Positions 58,048-64,000 of a stretch of 64,000 nt of DNA are shown here, one piece after another (positions within the stretch are counted from its first letter, which is position 1; every line of letters begins with the position of its first letter). A model generated the notes under the pieces. The model did no database searches, was not told the origin of the DNA, and was given only the letters and a program-made list of their open reading frames with translations. This DNA is from Octopus vulgaris (taxonomy: Eukaryota): assembly GCA_951406725.2 (NCBI GenBank), contig OX597833.1, positions 10,974,001-11,038,000 on the forward strand, given 5' to 3'. The translations under genes were made by a program, and so were the position numbers.

Positions 58048-58481
58048 TTCATAAAACTTTTTCCAAACTAATAATCTTCACCAAAAGTTCCTTAGCAATG
58101 AACACATTCTTTTAAATCTAATTATATACATTCCTTTAAAAATAACCAATATATGTTGATTCAAAGTGAAATTTTTATCCTTACCCTCCATTTTTGATCA
58201 AGTCTTTTATTTAATTTTTGATCAAACCTTTTATTTGATGCTCCAACCTTGAATTAATTTATCTCAAAATATTTAGCTCAAGACTCGATCATCATTGCTA
58301 AAAAACCGCATTGAATTCGGCTGAGAAGTGAATTAGTGATGAATCATGCAAATCTTTACCAGTAACTAAAAGTATACATTCACCCCCAGGCGTGGGGGAC
58401 TATTTCTCGGAATCAGCTTTACGTTCATAGGAGAAAGAATTTTCAAACCCTTTGTTTGTTTATTTGTTTGTTTGTTTCTTC

Positions 58482-58552
<71 letters not shown>

Positions 58553-58849
58553 AACACATTAAATCCTCTGTCCTACATAACATTAGTTCGTTCGTTCGTT
58601 CCTTTCTTCCTCCAACCCCTCTTTCCTTCCTTCCGTCCTTCATTCCTCCTTTCATTCCTTCCTTCTTTTCTTCCTTCCTCCCTTCCTTCCTTTCCTTCTA
58701 TCTGTCTTACTGTCTTTCTTTCATTTTTCTACCTTTTTTTCTTTCTTTCGTTCTTTCTTTCTTTGTTTCTTCGTTCCTTCTTTCCTTCCATCCCTCCTTC
58801 CTTCCCTCTCACCCTTCCTTACTTCCTTCCTTCCTTCCTTCCTTCCTTC

Positions 58850-58894
<45 letters not shown>

Positions 58895-59120
58895 TTCCTT
58901 CCTTCCTTCCCTCCTCCCTTCCTTCCTTCCGTCCTTCCTTCCTTCCTTACTTCCTTCCTTCCTTCCTTCCTTCCTTCCTTCCTTCCTTCCTTCCTTCCTT
59001 CCTTCCTTCCTTCTAATCATTGTCTCCCCAATTCATTAATTCCCAGCCAAGAAATTCTCTCCCACATGGTTCACCAATTATTTTCTTTTAAACTACATTG
59101 TTTCCTTCGCAGCTTCACAG

Positions 59121-59195
59121 GACCCGGTCCTGGGTCCCTGTATGCCCGGTGGGATGCAACAAGATGTCCACGCAACACCAGTCTGTAATACGATA
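59121..59195 (+). pseudogene. Degenerate exon 3 (unit D)
   Basis: cacag|GPGPGSLYARWDATRCPRNTSL* with an in-frame TAA. The flanking intron homology (58200-59416) breaks off before exon 4. Confidence 0.8.
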
Positions 59196-60813
59196 GTTAG
59201 TATATTCTGTTTCTATTCTTTCACTCTATTTCTTTCTTACACTCTCACTTTCTCTTCATCTCTCCCTCTCCCTCCTTCTTTCTGATCTACACAAACGTTT
59301 GTCCTATTATAGTATATCACGTTTTAAACGGCGATTATAGATTCTCTTGAGATGACACAAATCTACTTTCACCGTTGAATTTATTTGGTCATAGCCGAAG
59401 TATAAATGCCTTCAAGTGTGACACGAAATCCCAGTACACCGTCTGGAACGTCACCTGCAGAATTAATATTCGCTAGGAAGATTAGATCTGTGTTCGAGAA
59501 GATGCCACAGTGTAAAACTTGAAAAATATCGGACAAGAAATGTAATACAAAATATTTCATAATTGGTGACAAACTTTGATAAAAATAAATATGCAAAATG
59601 GCAAGAGAATGTGGGAAGACGGAGTAATTGCTAATCAGATTAGCAAAGAGTTATTTCCCAATATTAGTATAAAAGACTTATGAACCAACATAAAAAAATG
59701 TGGTTTACTGAGTTTTAACGTCAAAGGAAACCAAATTAATGAACAGGTCCAGAAATGTGCCATACGATCAGTTGTCGATATATTTGCAGTGCAATGTAAA
59801 TAGTTTTGTTTGAATCGAACGTACAACCCTTTGTTCGTGAGATTAAAATCTGAATCACTAAACCACGTTTAAATATTTTAGCGTATATAAATATATGCAT
59901 CTATCCCTATAAGGCAGACTTACATAAACGAACAAACACGCATTCACATGCGGAAAGATACACACAAACGCATATATATCGGATTGTTGGACCGCTGAAT
60001 TCCGCAGAGATCTTTTTCCGTGAAAATAAATATCTTATCCATTGAAAGAAAAAAAAAAGTCTCCAAAACCGTGTATCTCTCACTATACGTCAACATGCAC
60101 GAAGAATGTAGCAAATACATTTGGGAAAACAGTTGTTCCAGTTTGTAAATCTACAAGTAGAAGGGTAGATATCCCAGTATTAATTGATTTCGCTTTCTGT
60201 GTCGAATTGGCACCTGAATCTCATCGGCAAGTCTTACTACGTAAACTATTTTTTAAAATGTATTTAACTTTCCGTGCTCGTTTGTTCAGCTGAAGGCACC
60301 GTCACATCCGAACGAACATTAGCGAGCAAGTATAAATTCAAAATTGAAATAAATTATCATTATCTTTAAAAAATAATGATAAAATGGCCAACGAACATAA
60401 TCCAAATATGAAAAATATATATAAAAAGTCAGTGTACAGTAAGTAACTATTTGCATGAAAGAAGAATGAAATTGCAATCCCACGTATCTCTCAATATATG
60501 TAAACACGCACGAAGAATGGTGCAAATACATTCAGAATTTTCAATTTATGTTTGTTCGCCATTGTTGATTTTGGAAGTCGGGGGTCTTCAACGGAAAAAA
60601 GGTACACGGAAAGGTAAATATATTTTTAAAGTTGGTTACCTAGAAAGCGAAATGAATTGATTCTGGGATATCTACCCACCTGTTTGTAGATTTACAAACT
60701 GGAAGAATAATTTTTCTAAATGCTTTTGCTACATTCACCGTGTGTGTTTAAATTCTAAACATTGATGAATTTTCTGAAAATCTATTTCTATGATGTTATT
60801 TTTTTTTTCACAG

Positions 60814-63800
60814 AACCATTTCCATTACCAGAAATGTCTTGATGATAAAGATGTTCACACGCCAAGTAAGAACTAATTTTATATCGTGTAAGATAAAAAC
60901 GTAAAAGAAATGTCTGTGGCCGGATTAAATATTATAAAGTATACTGTTTCAATCTCTTTTACCTAACTTCATTGAAATGCGTCTACTCACCTACTGGCTT
61001 CAAATTTTTGTCGGATTCCATTCGTTTTTCACTTCTTACATAATCTGCACAACGAAATACACAACTTTAAGTTGCATGCCTAAATTAATTTGAAAATGTG
61101 ACCCTCTTATGCTATGATATTAACTATGTTTATATGAGTTTATATGCAGGACCACGTCAATAAATAAAATCAATTTTGTGTACATGTAAGACTATAATCC
61201 GGAAAAAGTATGTAAGAAATATTTTCATTTCAGATCAAATGTTAGTGTAAGCAATAAGAAATTGTAGGGTTTACCCTGTGTTGTAGAATGAAACAGAATC
61301 AATAAAACCATCCACATATTGTTGTTGCTCAGTAATTCTGCGAGTCTGGTGGTTGTAGAGAAATCATGCACAGTCTTTGAGTGCCATTCCAGAGGGAAGC
61401 AATTGTTATTAAGATTTTCTAGCCTTTTATTTAATTTTTCCTCTTGCCTTTTATTTGATGCTCCAACCTTGAATTAATTTATCTCAAAAAATTTAGCTCA
61501 AGACTCGATCATCATTGCTAAAAAACCGCATTGAATTCGGCTGAGAAGTGAATTAGTGATGAATCATGCAAGTCTTTACCAGTAACTAAAAGTATACATT
61601 CACCCCCAGGCGTGGGGGACTATTTCTCGGAATCAGCTTTACGTTCATAGGAAAAAGAATTTTCAAACCCTTTGTTTGTTTGTTTGTTTCTTTCTTAATT
61701 TCTTTCTCTCATTATTTCGTTCTTCCTTTCTTTCTTTTATTCATTCTTTCTTTCTTTTTTCTTTCTTCCTTCCTTTCTTTCTTACTTCCTTTCTTAACTC
61801 TTTAAATCCTCTATCAAGTTCCCATCTATCCTTCCTTCCATCTTTCCTTCCTTCCATCCTTCCTTCCTTCCTTCCATCCTTCCTTCCTTCCATCCTTCCT
61901 TCATTCCTTCCTTCCTTCCTCCCTTTCCCCTCCCTCCCTTCCTTCCTTCTTTCCTTCTTTCCTTCCTTCCTTCCTTCCTTCCTTCCTTCCTTCCTTCCTT
62001 CCTTCCTATCTTCTAATCATTGTCTCCCCAATTCATTAATTCCCAGCCAAGAAATTCTCTCCCACATGGTTCACCAATTATTTTCTTTTAAACTAAATTG
62101 TTACCTTCGCAATTTCGCAGGACCCGGTCCGGGAGCCTTGTATACCCGGTGGGGTAGAACAAAATGTCCACGTAATTCCAGTCTGGTATACGATGGTTAG
62201 TATATTCTGTTTCTTATCTCTCTCTCTATTTCTTTCTCACTCTCTCTCTTTCTCTTCCTCTCTCCCTCTCCCTCCTTCTTTCTGATCTACACAAAAGTTT
62301 TTCCTATTATAGTATATCACGTTTTAAACGGCGATTATAGATTCTCTTGAGATTACTCAAAACTACTCACTCCGTTGAATTTATTTGGTCATAGCCGAAG
62401 TATAAATGCCGTCAAGAATGATCACACGAACAGGATATCATCGAAATTACTCCCTTGAACCCAACCACAGAATATAGTTACCTAAGGACTGTATGCATTA
62501 ACTACGCACTATTCCACCACTTAATCACGCTAGTTCCTCATGGTAAGGCAATTCTGAACTTTCCACTCAGAAGACACTATTTTCCACCACTTCCCCATCA
62601 ACTTTTCTTTCTTTAAACGAGATTTGTTTTTGTTTGAAATACGATGGAACAGATTTTACCTGTCTATAACCGAACCCTAAACGGTTTCCTTAAAGGTTTC
62701 CCAATTCAGCCTAAACTGAACCTTACAATCCTTTCACCACTCACTTTCCTTAAAGACGTAAAATAACCCCAGTGATGCAGCAAATAAAGCCAACGGGACC
62801 ATAACGTGTATCTTCACGCGACCTGTTCACGACTAGCCGAGAGTTTTAGCTACGCTGTGCAGGATGTTCTGTTAAATAACTTTTAACTACCCATCGACTG
62901 TCAATACTCTGCACCTCACCGTGTTCTTCTATTTTGTATTGGTTAAAAATTCCTTGTATCGTTCTTCTATTTTATCTCCGTTAAAATTTGAACAAAATCG
63001 TCTTTTCCATTTTAGAGGAAATGCGTGACGTAACGGCCTTCCCTTCACACTCTTTTGACATCTGCACACAACCATCTACAGCCATGTATCTAGACATATT
63101 CATAAATATTACCTACACAAACACGTTGGCGTACACCTACAACATATATACATATAAATCATAGACACGTACAGTTTTTAACTCATACACAAACATTCAT
63201 TCAGCAACACAGCTTACACTCGCATCGATAGTAGTTTGTATACACATCCTACACACGTAAACATAGTGAATGTTCAAAACACACCCACACACATAGACAC
63301 ACACACACACATATAGACACACAACTTACACACACACATAAACTCAATCACACACACACACACCCGTATGTGTGTCTATTTATAATCGCCAATTTAAAAT
63401 TGAAAGTTCCTTTTCAAGGATTTCTTTTAATCCGCGTTTTTCTTATTTCACTTTACTTAACATTTTATTTATTTGATATGTTCTTACCAATTCTAGGTGT
63501 GGTTGGTGGATCACCTTTTAACGAAACAGGCGGCGGAAGTAATCTCTTATGTCTACCTAACGACCCCATTTGGGCAAATTACAATGGAGGTGTAAAACAT
63601 TGGGGTCACATATATGGCAGTGAATATGAAACATAAATTCCTATGCGAAAAAATACTTTTCTTCTGCTAACGCTGAATCAATTCATGATCACAACGTTCC
63701 GTGTGCTGTCTGTTTGACACGACAACCTGCTGTTGTTATGATGTTACCAGCCAGGACACAGTGTTACGCTGGTTGGACAGCTGATATTCGGGATATTTGA

Positions 63801-63994
63801 TGACCGAATATTATAAATCAAAGGGCAGACATGAATATGTGTGTGTGGATCATGCACCAGAAGCTGATCGGCAGGTTACAGAAACGAAGAATGGAGCTTT
63901 ATTATATTTTGTGAAGGGAATTTGTGGTTCATTACCATGTCCACCGTATGTCTATGGTCGCATTTTAACCTGCGTTGTGTGCAGTAAATATTGA
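60814..63994 (+). pseudogene. Gene copy E: exons 60814-60865, 62121-62195, 63497-63994; exon 1 not visible; four 1-nt indels in the last exon (real or sequencing errors)
   Basis: Splice sites are intact. Deletions near 63634, 63785 and 63869 and an insertion near 63888 relative to A/B (498 vs 500 nt). Confidence 0.75.
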
Positions 63995-64000
63995 AGTGAA

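Overview
AT-rich, microsatellite-dense eukaryotic DNA, probably cephalopod (octopus-like tRNA-derived SINEs; this is an inference). Most ORFs in the track are microsatellite artefacts. There are two layers. (1) A tandem cluster of a 4-exon gene on the + strand encoding a ~256-aa protein with an N-terminal hydrophobic anchor and a C-terminal short-chain-collagen-C4/spongin-NC1-like Cys-rich domain, but no Gly-X-Y repeats in the exons found. Copies A (6132-15420) and B (19467-28711) look intact. Copy C (39874-50632) has a lost splice donor and a nonsense codon. Copies D/E (after a 100-N gap) are partial or frameshifted. Amino-acid differences between copies cluster in a few patches. (2) A hammerhead-ribozyme (HHR) retroelement system in (TA)n microsatellites. 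It has two copies of a Penelope-like element (RT plus C-terminal GIY-YIG, pseudo-LTRs with type I HHRs) and four non-coding HHR-containing retrozyme-like families (monomers of 361, 474 and 445 bp, plus a ~305-bp partial unit). Each family has its own palindromic stem III, three families share a covarying stem-loop, and three inserts have divergent inverted arms, the + arm longer than one monomer. Also present: mariner remnants, a non-autonomous Helitron with empty sites in paralogs, SINE/LINE fragments and a 200-bp foldback.
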